From the NCBI GenBank assembly GCA_965200265.1, contig OZ241357.1:8179-72178 (forward strand): DNA of 64,000 bases. The letters run 5' to 3'. The notes beneath the pieces were generated by a model that saw nothing but the letters and a program-made list of their open reading frames with translations, ran no database searches and was not told the DNA's origin. Both the position numbers and the translations under genes were made by a program. The DNA is from Alphaproteobacteria bacterium (lineage in GTDB: Bacteria > Pseudomonadota > Alphaproteobacteria > UBA2966). Positions within the stretch are counted from its first letter, which is position 1. The number at the start of each line of letters is the position of its first letter. Of this stretch, positions 56,139 through 64,000 are shown one piece after another.

Positions 56139-57191
56139 ATGACCCGAACCACTGACATCAAGGCCATTGACTTCTGTTGTGGTGCCGGCGGATTGACTCG
56201 CGGCTTGCTTGACGCGGGCGTTTCGGTGGTGGCGGGGCTGGACAACGACGAGCGTCTACGCAAGACCTACGAGCGCAACAACAAGCCCAGCCGCTTCGTC
56301 GCTGGCGACATCGCCGAAGTGGAGATTGACGCGCTTCGGACCGATCTAGGCATCGACGAGGAAGACATCACCTTGTACGCCGCCTGCACACCTTGCCAGC
56401 CGTTCTCCAGCCTCAACACCGCCAAGGGCGAAGACGGCAGGAAATCTCTGCTGCTGGAGTTCGGCAAGATCGTGGCCCAGCGTCCGCCGGACTTCATCAT
56501 CGTGGAGAACGTGCCGGGCTTGCACAACGCCTTTGGCCTGGACATCTACCAGGAGTTCATGGCGGCTATCAAAGCCCAGGGCTTTTGCGCCGCCTCGGAC
56601 CTCTTGGACGCCAAGGACTACGGCGTTCCGCAAACGCGCAAGCGCTTCATTCTCGCCGCCGCCAGGGGCCGCGAGCCCCGGCTGCCTGTCGCCACGACCA
56701 GGAACAGCCCGGTCACCGTGCGCGAGTGCATCGAGAAGTACCCACCCTTGGCGGCCGGCGAACAAGACACCAGGTTCGTCAACCACGCCGCCCGCAAGCT
56801 GCCACCACACCATCAGAGAATCGTAGCCGCCGTGCCCACGGATGGCGGTAGCCGCAGCGACGTGGCTGACACGTCGATTCTGCTGCCCTGCCACCAACGC
56901 CACCCCAAGGCGCACAAGGACGTTTTCGGCCGCATGGCGTGGGATGCGCCCAGCCCGACGTTGACCTGCCGCTGCACGGATGTCTACTGTGGCCGCTTCG
57001 TCCACCCACAGCAGGACCGCGGCATCTCGCTGCGCGAAGCCGCCGCGCTACAGACGTTCGACGACAGCTACGAGTTCTTCGGCGGCTCGTTCCTGGAGCA
57101 GGCGCGGCAAATCGGCAACGCCGTTCCCGTGCGACTGGCAAGAGCCTTGGGAACGGCTGCCATCGAGTGCCTGCAACCGACCAGGGCCTAG
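56139..57191 (+). CDS. DNA (cytosine-5)-methyltransferase
   Basis: ORF 56139..57191. Motif I DFCCGAGG, IV TPCQPFS, VI ENVPGL, VIII QTRKRF, X GNAVPV. Confidence 0.93.
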   Translation: MTRTTDIKAIDFCCGAGGLTRGLLDAGVSVVAGLDNDERLRKTYERNNKPSRFVAGDIAEVEIDALRTDLGIDEEDITLYAACTPCQPFSSLNTAKGEDGRKSLLLEFGKIVAQRPPDFIIVENVPGLHNAFGLDIYQEFMAAIKAQGFCAASDLLDAKDYGVPQTRKRFILAAARGREPRLPVATTRNSPVTVRECIEKYPPLAAGEQDTRFVNHAARKLPPHHQRIVAAVPTDGGSRSDVADTSILLPCHQRHPKAHKDVFGRMAWDAPSPTLTCRCTDVYCGRFVHPQQDRGISLREAAALQTFDDSYEFFGGSFLEQARQIGNAVPVRLARALGTAAIECLQPTRA

Positions 57192-57205
57192 CCAAGGAAG
57201 TTGCC

Positions 57206-59113
57206 GTGTCCAGTCCCTACCGGATCGATTTCGACATTTCCACCATCAAGCACCTCGGCTTGCAAATGTACGCCACGCTGCCGCCGGTGGTCGGGGAACT
57301 GGTCGCCAACGCTTGGGACGCAAACGCCACCCAAGTCGAAATCACCATCCCGGAAACGCCGATAGACGAGCACACGTCGGAAATCGTCATCAAGGACAAC
57401 GGTGTCGGCATGTCCGACAGCGACATTCGCGAAAAGTACCTCATCGTCGGTCGCGACCGGCGCGAGAGCGAAGGCCGTGACCGGACCCCTGCGCCATTGA
57501 ACCGCCCAATCATGGGACGCAAGGGCATCGGCAAGTTCTCGGCGTTCGGCATCGCCCGAGAGCTGGAGATAGAGAGCGTCAGCAACGGCACCGTAAGCCG
57601 CTTCGTGATGGATTACGACACGATGCTCGCAAACGCATCACGCCGCCATGCCGAATTTCCACCGCTTCAGCCCACCGGATGCACAACGGAGGGCACGACG
57701 ATCAGGCTGAGGCGAATTACCAAGTATCGGACTCGGAGCATCTCGTTGCCTCGGTTGCGCCGAGGGCTCGCCAGACGCTTCGCCGTCATCGGCTCGCAGC
57801 GCCAATTCCAGGTCGTCATCAACGACTCGCGGATCTCCGTCGAGGAGCGGGAAATGCAGCGGCTGCTCGCGAAGGATGCCGACGGCAACGCCTATCTTTG
57901 GAAGTTTGAGGACGAGGAGATCATGCCCGAGACCGGTTGGAACGTATCCGGTTGGATCGGCGCATTGGACCGAACGACGTCAGATGCGGATGGCGTGGAC
58001 CGAGGCATCTCCATCATGGCGCGCGGTAAGCTCGTGCAGGAGCCGTTCGTGTTCAACGCCGTCGTCGGCCAACAATTTGCACTGTCGTACCTCGTCGGGG
58101 AACTGCACGCGGAGTTCGTCGATGCTGGCGAGGACACCATTGGAACGAGCCGCAACGTGTTGGTCTGGGATACTGAAGCGAACGCCAAACTCATGGAGTG
58201 GGGAAAACGGCAGGTAACGAAGATCGCTCGCGAGTGGGCGGAGAAACGCCAAACCGACAACATTCGTAAACTGGAGAACAACGACCTGTACCGCAGCTTC
58301 AAGGAGCGTGCGAGCGAAGTCGGCAGCAAACACGCGTTTCCATTGGCCGACAAACTTGTGCGACAAGCGATCAGTAAAAACCCCACGGCTGGCGTTGACG
58401 AACTAGAGCCCATCATCAAGACCTCTCTGGATTTTCTGGAGTTCGACACATTCTGGGAGATCGCCCAAGGAATGGTTCAATCCGATCTGGATGACGTTGC
58501 AGCGTTGCTTGGCTTGTTCAAGGAATGGGAGGTCGTGGAAGCGAAGGAGATGATGCGTGTTACCGAGGGCAGAATTACCACGATAGGGAAGCTGCAAGAC
58601 CTCATCGAGAAGAACGCCCTCGAAGTACCCACACTGCATAACTTTCTCAAGGAGTTCCCGTGGGTCATCGATCCACGCTGGACGCTGGTGGCTGATGAAG
58701 TTTGGTTCAGCGATATGTTGAAGGAGAAGTTCCCCGACGGCGATATTGCCGAGAAAGATAGGCGAATCGACTTTCTGTGCGTTCGCGAAAGTACGAACTT
58801 TGTGGTTGTTGAAATCAAGCGCCCAGGTAGCAAAGCTTCCAATAAGGAGTTGGATCAGATATTGCGCTATGTTTCTTTTGTTCGAGACTATGTGGAGCAA
58901 ACCACAGATCCTGAACTGGCGACTCGAAACGTGGTCGGCTACTTGCTTTGCGGCGATCTGGTTGATACTTGGGAGGTGCGAGGAAAAAAGAAAGTACTTG
59001 AGCAATCACAAATCTACGTGAGGCGATACGGGGACCTATTGGGTATGGTCAAGAAGATTCACCAAGAGTTCATCGAACGCTATGAACAGCTGCAAGAACG
59101 AATCAAGACGTGA
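57206..59113 (+). CDS. GHKL (MORC/MutL-like) ATPase fused to a C-terminal PD-(D/E)xK nuclease (DUF4263/Shedu-like)
   Basis: GTG 57206 follows AAGGAAG in ORF 56939..59113. N box ELVANAWDA, G1 DNGVGM, G2 GRKGIGKFS. C-terminus RIDFLCV...VVVEIKRPG carries a D...ExK signature. Starts 14 nt after the C5-methyltransferase. Confidence 0.78.
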   Translation: MSSPYRIDFDISTIKHLGLQMYATLPPVVGELVANAWDANATQVEITIPETPIDEHTSEIVIKDNGVGMSDSDIREKYLIVGRDRRESEGRDRTPAPLNRPIMGRKGIGKFSAFGIARELEIESVSNGTVSRFVMDYDTMLANASRRHAEFPPLQPTGCTTEGTTIRLRRITKYRTRSISLPRLRRGLARRFAVIGSQRQFQVVINDSRISVEEREMQRLLAKDADGNAYLWKFEDEEIMPETGWNVSGWIGALDRTTSDADGVDRGISIMARGKLVQEPFVFNAVVGQQFALSYLVGELHAEFVDAGEDTIGTSRNVLVWDTEANAKLMEWGKRQVTKIAREWAEKRQTDNIRKLENNDLYRSFKERASEVGSKHAFPLADKLVRQAISKNPTAGVDELEPIIKTSLDFLEFDTFWEIAQGMVQSDLDDVAALLGLFKEWEVVEAKEMMRVTEGRITTIGKLQDLIEKNALEVPTLHNFLKEFPWVIDPRWTLVADEVWFSDMLKEKFPDGDIAEKDRRIDFLCVRESTNFVVVEIKRPGSKASNKELDQILRYVSFVRDYVEQTTDPELATRNVVGYLLCGDLVDTWEVRGKKKVLEQSQIYVRRYGDLLGMVKKIHQEFIERYEQLQERIKT

Positions 59114-59152
59114 GCCGATGCGATGGCCAAGTCGGACATCGGCCGCGCGACC

Positions 59153-59290
59153 CGGTCACGGCCGGCGGAACGTCGATTCGATGTGGACGCGCGTCTGGTC
59201 GACTTCCGCCAAGCATGTCGACTCGCACGACAGGCAGGGGAGGCACCGGTCGATGTGCTTGACGGTCTCCGCCGCCGGGGGGCTGCCGGC
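59153..59290 (-). pseudogene. glcF fragment
   Basis: Colinear with glcF nt 50937-51096 (CGGCGGAACGTCG.TTCGATG.GGACGCGCGTCTGGTCGAC ... GTCGACTCGCACGACAGGCAGG.GAGGCA.CGGTCGATGTGCTTGACGGTCTCCGCCGCCGGGGGG). It has an internal deletion and reads ...AAETVKHIDRCLPCLSCESTC... then stops. Confidence 0.75.
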
Positions 59291-59425
59291 ATGACGCGGG
59301 GTCGTACCCCTCGGGGCGCGACCCGGACTTTCGCGAGATACGACGACCGGCGGTACACAAGGCGTTGCATCGGCTACGGTGCCGGTCTATTGAAGAAGTG
59401 TAAGGGTTGCTTGTGAGGATCGCCG

Positions 59426-60160
59426 ATGTCTACTGCTGATGAACGACAATACAAACCACCTCGTATAGATAAGCGGGCCTTCAATTGCCCGCATTGTGGT
59501 GCTTTTGCGCACCAATATAAATATCAGACGATGGTCCAAATGATAACAAGTGATGAAAATTTCACTGCAACAATATCTCGCGATATGTCACAAAACAGGA
59601 AGAATCCATTCATAACACAAAATAATTCATATTCTCAATATCAACGAGATATGGGAGGTATTTACTTTTTTCGTTGCGGCAGCTGTCATGAGTTATCCAT
59701 ATGGATATTCAGTGAGATGATCTGGCCCTCGAAGAGTGGCGTACCACTTCCAAATCCAGATTTGCCGGATGATGTCCGTAGGGATTATGAAGAGGCAGGT
59801 GCCATTCTCGGATCGTCACCTAGGGGTGCCGCAGCATTGTTACGCTTGAGTATCCAGAAGTTGTGCAAACACCTTGGCGAATCTGGGGATAACTTGAACA
59901 AAGACATCTCTGAATTGGTCAAAAAAGGTCTCCCTCCTCTAATAAAAGAGTCGTTGGATTCGGTCCGGGTAATCGGAAACCATGCTGTTCATCCAAGTCA
60001 TATCGATCTTCAAGATGATCCAGAAACAGCACGAATCTTGTTTGATCTTGTCAATATAATTGCGGATTCAATGATAAGCACCCCGAATAAGGTGAAGAAG
60101 GTATATGAAAGTCTTCCTGAAGGCGACAAGCAAGCGATAAAAAAGAGGGACGCGAGTTAG
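59426..60160 (+). CDS. DUF4145 domain protein with N-terminal 4-Cys zinc ribbon
   Basis: ORF 59426..60160, the lowest-GC gene in the window. CPHCG...CGSC, and a helical segment AAALLRLSIQKLCKHLG...LDSVRVIGNHAVH typical of DUF4145. Confidence 0.7.
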   Translation: MSTADERQYKPPRIDKRAFNCPHCGAFAHQYKYQTMVQMITSDENFTATISRDMSQNRKNPFITQNNSYSQYQRDMGGIYFFRCGSCHELSIWIFSEMIWPSKSGVPLPNPDLPDDVRRDYEEAGAILGSSPRGAAALLRLSIQKLCKHLGESGDNLNKDISELVKKGLPPLIKESLDSVRVIGNHAVHPSHIDLQDDPETARILFDLVNIIADSMISTPNKVKKVYESLPEGDKQAIKKRDAS

Positions 60161-60177
60161 CCGATGGCGAAGCATCG

Positions 60178-61836
60178 AGGAAGCGACAAGCACCTATGCC
60201 GACGCTGCATTGGCTGACGCGGGACGAGGACGTCGGCGCGGCGTCGCGGGCACCGTACCGGCTTCTGGAGGAAGCGCCGGAGCTTTCCGCCGGAGAGGCG
60301 GAAGCGGGCAACATGCTGATCCAGGGCGACAACCTGGAGGCGCTGAAGGCGCTGCTGCCGTTCTACGCCGGGCGGGTGAAGTGCGTCTACATCGACCCGC
60401 CGTACAACACGCGCTCGGCCTTCGCGCATTACGACGACAACCTGGAGCACGCCAAATGGCTCGCCATGATGTGGCCGCGGCTGGAGCTCCTGCGCGACCT
60501 GCTGGCGGACGACGGCTCGATCTGGGTCTCCATCGACGACAACGAGGCACACTACCTCAAGGTCGTCATGGACGAGGTGTTCGGAAGAACATGTTTCATC
60601 GGGAATATGATTTGGCAGAAGATATTTTCTCCGAAGAACAGTGCTCGGCACTTTTCGGCGGATCATGACCATATGTTTGTTTACGCTCGTGATTCGGAGA
60701 CTTGGTTGCCGAATCCGCTACCCAGAACGGAGAGGCAAGACAAGCTCTACAAGAATCCCGATAACGATCCACGCGGGCCTTGGACGTCGGGTGACCTTTC
60801 GGCTCGAAACTATTACGGCGCAGGGACCTATCCGGTGACTACTCCGAAAGGTAGAATCATTTCAGGCCCTCCCAAGGGTATGTATTGGCGTGTTTCCAAG
60901 GAGAAAATGGCTGATCTTGATCGAGAGGGGCGCATTTGGTGGGGATCAGGTGGCAACAATGTCCCCCGACTGAAACGCTATCTCTCGGAAGTAAGGACTG
61001 GAATCGTCCCGCAAACCATTTGGTTCAATCAGGATGTCGGCAATACGCAAGAAGCCAAGAAAGAGATCGTGAGCCTGTTCGGCGACGACGTGTTCGGCAC
61101 CCCCAAGCCCGAACGCCTGATCCAGCGCGTCCTGCACATCGCCACCGACCCGGGCGATCTCGTGCTCGACTCGTTCCTCGGCTCCGGCACCACGGCGGCG
61201 GTCGCGCACAAGATGGGCCGGCGCTGGATCGGTATCGAGCTGGGCGAGCATGCCGTCACCCACTGTGCGCCGCGCCTGAAGAAGGTGATCGAGGGCGAAC
61301 GGGGCGGCATCTCCACGGCAGCGGGCTGGACGGGCGGCGGCGGCTTCCGCTTTCACCGCCTGGGGCCGCCCGCCTTCGACGCCGACGGGCGCATCCGGCC
61401 CGACGTCTCCTTCCCCGTGCTCGCCGCCCACGTCTGGTTCGCCGAGACCGGCCGCCCGTGGACCGCGCCGGAGGCGCCGTCGCCCTTCCTCGGCGCGCGC
61501 GACGGGCGGGGCTACGCGCTGCTCTACAACGGCGTGCTCCGGGACCGCTCGGCCGCCGGCGGCAACGTGCTGACGCGCCGCACGCTGTCGGCCATCCGCG
61601 CCGCGGCGGGCGGTTTCGACGGGCCGCTCACCGTCTACGCCGCACGGTCGGCGTTCCGCGACGCGACGCTGAAGGCGGAAGGGCTGGCCTTTCGGCAGAC
61701 GCCCTACGACGTGACGGCGCGGGCCTGACCGATGGAGCTCAAGCCCTATCAGGCCGAGGCGCTCGACACGCTGCGCCGCTTCCTGGAGGACGCGCGGATC
61801 GCCGGGCCGGCGGCGTCCTACAGGAAGCTCGCCGCC
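60178..61836 (+). repeat. segmental direct duplication, copy 2 (mod allele 2 plus start of intact res)
   Basis: See copy 1. The offset between copies is about 5.85 kb. Confidence 0.85.
60196..61728 (+). CDS. mod: type III restriction-modification methyltransferase (Mod), allele 2
   Basis: ORF 60196..61728. The first 133 aa and the last ~205 aa are essentially identical to allele 1. The central ~170 aa (TCFIGNMIWQKIF...FGTPKPERLIQRVLH) diverge strongly. Confidence 0.9.
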   Translation: MPTLHWLTRDEDVGAASRAPYRLLEEAPELSAGEAEAGNMLIQGDNLEALKALLPFYAGRVKCVYIDPPYNTRSAFAHYDDNLEHAKWLAMMWPRLELLRDLLADDGSIWVSIDDNEAHYLKVVMDEVFGRTCFIGNMIWQKIFSPKNSARHFSADHDHMFVYARDSETWLPNPLPRTERQDKLYKNPDNDPRGPWTSGDLSARNYYGAGTYPVTTPKGRIISGPPKGMYWRVSKEKMADLDREGRIWWGSGGNNVPRLKRYLSEVRTGIVPQTIWFNQDVGNTQEAKKEIVSLFGDDVFGTPKPERLIQRVLHIATDPGDLVLDSFLGSGTTAAVAHKMGRRWIGIELGEHAVTHCAPRLKKVIEGERGGISTAAGWTGGGGFRFHRLGPPAFDADGRIRPDVSFPVLAAHVWFAETGRPWTAPEAPSPFLGARDGRGYALLYNGVLRDRSAAGGNVLTRRTLSAIRAAAGGFDGPLTVYAARSAFRDATLKAEGLAFRQTPYDVTARA

Positions 61837-64000
61837 GAACCCGAACTCGCGGCGCGGCTCGGGCGCTACGCCGGGACCTACGCGCCGCTCAAGGGCCTGC
61901 CGGAGACGCCGCACGTCTGCCTGCGCCTGCCGACCGGCGGCGGCAAGACGCTCCTCGCCGCCCATGCCGTCGCCGTCGCCCGCCGCGCCTGGGTCGATCG
62001 CGACCATCCCCTCGTCCTGTGGCTGGCGCCGACCGCGACCATCCGCCGCCAGACGGCGGAGGCGCTGAAGAACCCGCGCCACCCGTGCCGCCGCGCCCTC
62101 GACGCGGCGTTCGCGGGCCGGGTGCGCGTCTTCGACATCGCCGACTTCGCCCAGCTTCGCCCTCACGACCTGCGCGGCAGGTGCTGCGTCGTCGTCGGCA
62201 CCATCCAGACGCTGCGGGTCAAGGACACCGACGGCCGCAAGGTCTACGCCCACCACGAGGACATGGAGGCGCACTTCGCCGCCCTGCCCGCGGCCGCGAT
62301 CGATGCCGCCGCCGCGCCGGGGCTGGAGCGCCTGGAGAACGGCCGGGTCAAGTTCTCCTTCGCCAACCTGCTGCATCTCCAGCGCCCGCTGATGATCGTC
62401 GACGAGGCGCACAACGCCGTCACCGGGCTCACGCGCGAGATGCAGGAGCGGGTGAACCCGTGCGCCGTGATCGAGTTCACGGCCACGCCGCGCAAGGGCT
62501 CCAACGTCCTGTTCAACGCCACGGCGTCGGAACTGAAGCGCGAGGCGATGATCAAGCTGCCGGTCGTACTCGCCGAGCACGACGCCTGGGAGGGCGCGGT
62601 GACCGCCGCCGTCGCCGCCCGCGCGGCCCTGGCCGCGGCGGCGAAGGGGGAGCGCGAGTACGTCCGCCCGGTGGCCCTGTTCCAGGCGCAGCCGAAGAAC
62701 CGCGAGGTGACGGTCGCGGCGCTGAAGCAGCACCTGATCGAGGTCGAGCGCGTGCCCGAGGAGAAGATCGCCGTCGCCACCGGCGCCCAGCGCGAGCTCG
62801 ACGGGATCGACCTGTTCGACCCGGACTGCCCGATCGAGCACGTCGTCACCGTCGAGGCGCTCAAGGAAGGCTGGGACTGCTCCTTCGCCTACGTCTTCTG
62901 TTCGGTGTCGCGGATCGGGAGCGCCACCGACGTCGAGCAGCTTCTCGGCCGGGTGCTGCGGATGCCCTACGCCGAACGGCGCGCCGACGCCGCCCTGAAC
63001 AAGGCCCATGCCTTCGTCTGCGAACCGACGTTCGGCGCCGCGGCGAAGGCGCTGACGGACAGGCTGGTGGGCATGGGCTTCGAGGAGGACGAGGCGGAAG
63101 ACGCCATCGAGCGGCGGCAGCCGGCGCTGGACGGGAACGGCGGCCTGTTCCGTCCCGGCGGCGATGGGGATCGCGCGGAGACGCAAGGCCCGGCGTCGCC
63201 GGCGGACCGGGGAGAGGCCTTCGCGGTTCCGCGCCTGATGTCGGAAGTCCAGGAGGAGCTGGAGCTCGCCGACACCGACGTGTTCATGGAGAGTCACGAC
63301 TGGTCGCTCGCCGGCCATCCGTTCCGGCCGGACGCAAGCGCGTTCGAGATCCTCGAGACGGCGCGCGGGTTCGAGATCGACGTCGACGGCGACCGCGTGG
63401 TCTACAGGCAGACCGGCGCCGAAGCGCAGTTCATGCTCGACGTCGACGTGGAGGGCTGGACGCCGCAGAGCCTGGTGCTGTGGCTCGACCGCGAGGTCCG
63501 CGCCATCGACATCGACCAGGGCGACCTGATCGCCTGGCTGTCGGGCTTCGTGAACCACCTGACGGCGGCGTGCGGCCTCCCGCCCGCCGCGCTCATGCGC
63601 GCCAGGTTCCTGCTCGCGCGCAAGGCGAAAGGGCGGATTGCCGCCATCCGCCGCGAGGAGCGCGCGAAGGTCTACCAGCAGCGCCTGTTCGCGCCGGAAG
63701 CCCGGCCGCGGGTCTCCTTCGACCACGCCTTCGCGTTCCGCGACGGCATGTACGCCGACGAACGGCGCTACCGCGGGCGCTGGCGGCCGAACCGGCACTT
63801 CCTCGGCGCCGACGCCGTGCCCGCCTTCGACGGCGCCGACGACGGCGAGGAGGTCCAATGCGCCCAGGCCCTCGATTCCCTGCCCGGCGTGACGTTCTGG
63901 ATCAGGAACGTCGCGCGGCACCCGGAGTCGTTCCGGCTGCCGCTCGCGGAAGGCTGGTTCTATCCCGATTTCGTGGCCCGGCTCGACGACGGCCGGTTCC
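61732..64000 (+). CDS. res: type III restriction endonuclease Res subunit (helicase-nuclease), 3' end beyond window
   Basis: Not in the ORF track because no stop falls within the window; translated by hand from ATG 61732 with no stop to nt 64000. Motif I LPTGGGKT, II IVDEAHN, III FTATP, then ALKEGWDC and QLLGRVLR. Approaching the nuclease core, ...GWFYPDFVA. Confidence 0.88.
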   Translation, partial: MELKPYQAEALDTLRRFLEDARIAGPAASYRKLAAEPELAARLGRYAGTYAPLKGLPETPHVCLRLPTGGGKTLLAAHAVAVARRAWVDRDHPLVLWLAPTATIRRQTAEALKNPRHPCRRALDAAFAGRVRVFDIADFAQLRPHDLRGRCCVVVGTIQTLRVKDTDGRKVYAHHEDMEAHFAALPAAAIDAAAAPGLERLENGRVKFSFANLLHLQRPLMIVDEAHNAVTGLTREMQERVNPCAVIEFTATPRKGSNVLFNATASELKREAMIKLPVVLAEHDAWEGAVTAAVAARAALAAAAKGEREYVRPVALFQAQPKNREVTVAALKQHLIEVERVPEEKIAVATGAQRELDGIDLFDPDCPIEHVVTVEALKEGWDCSFAYVFCSVSRIGSATDVEQLLGRVLRMPYAERRADAALNKAHAFVCEPTFGAAAKALTDRLVGMGFEEDEAEDAIERRQPALDGNGGLFRPGGDGDRAETQGPASPADRGEAFAVPRLMSEVQEELELADTDVFMESHDWSLAGHPFRPDASAFEILETARGFEIDVDGDRVVYRQTGAEAQFMLDVDVEGWTPQSLVLWLDREVRAIDIDQGDLIAWLSGFVNHLTAACGLPPAALMRARFLLARKAKGRIAAIRREERAKVYQQRLFAPEARPRVSFDHAFAFRDGMYADERRYRGRWRPNRHFLGADAVPAFDGADDGEEVQCAQALDSLPGVTFWIRNVARHPESFRLPLAEGWFYPDFVARLDDGRF

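Overview
GC-rich (visibly about 65-70% GC) bacterial chromosome segment with proteobacterial-style operons. Nt 1-51,300 is mostly housekeeping or metabolic. It holds a CoxSML-like molybdenum hydroxylase, a quinone oxidoreductase, a TRAP transporter, a two-subunit class I fumarase/tartrate dehydratase, and a taurine/sulfonate-type ABC transporter with a TauD dioxygenase. It also holds TPR proteins, tRNA-Arg(CCT), meaB, a D-aminoacylase, a cyclophilin, KorAB with an FprA-type reductase, an aminotransferase and glcF. Scattered through this backbone are accessory pieces. These are a 1,426-aa autotransporter, a TbpB-like surface lipoprotein preceded by a C14/G14 hairpin, and an array of six GTGTGCAAGGTGTGCA repeats upstream of a terminase-small-subunit-like HTH ORF. 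There is also a MITE-like element family (21-bp terminal inverted repeats, 8-9-bp flanking duplications, variable heptamer tract). Two copies of it bracket a 2.86-kb module made of a 548-aa unknown protein plus Phd/VapC. The most interesting region is 51.3 kb to the window end, a mosaic restriction/defence island sitting directly upstream of glcF. It contains two tandem membrane-anchored pentapeptide-repeat paralogs and a type III mod gene followed by only a 46-codon res stub. A lower-GC insert follows, with a C5-cytosine methyltransferase, a GHKL-ATPase/PD-(D/E)xK nuclease fusion, a glcF fragment and a DUF4145 protein. A second mod follows, with near-identical ends but a different central target-recognition region, and then an intact res. 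That res ORF runs off the window and is absent from the ORF track, so I translated it by hand. All functional calls rest on motif reading by eye; no searches were run.
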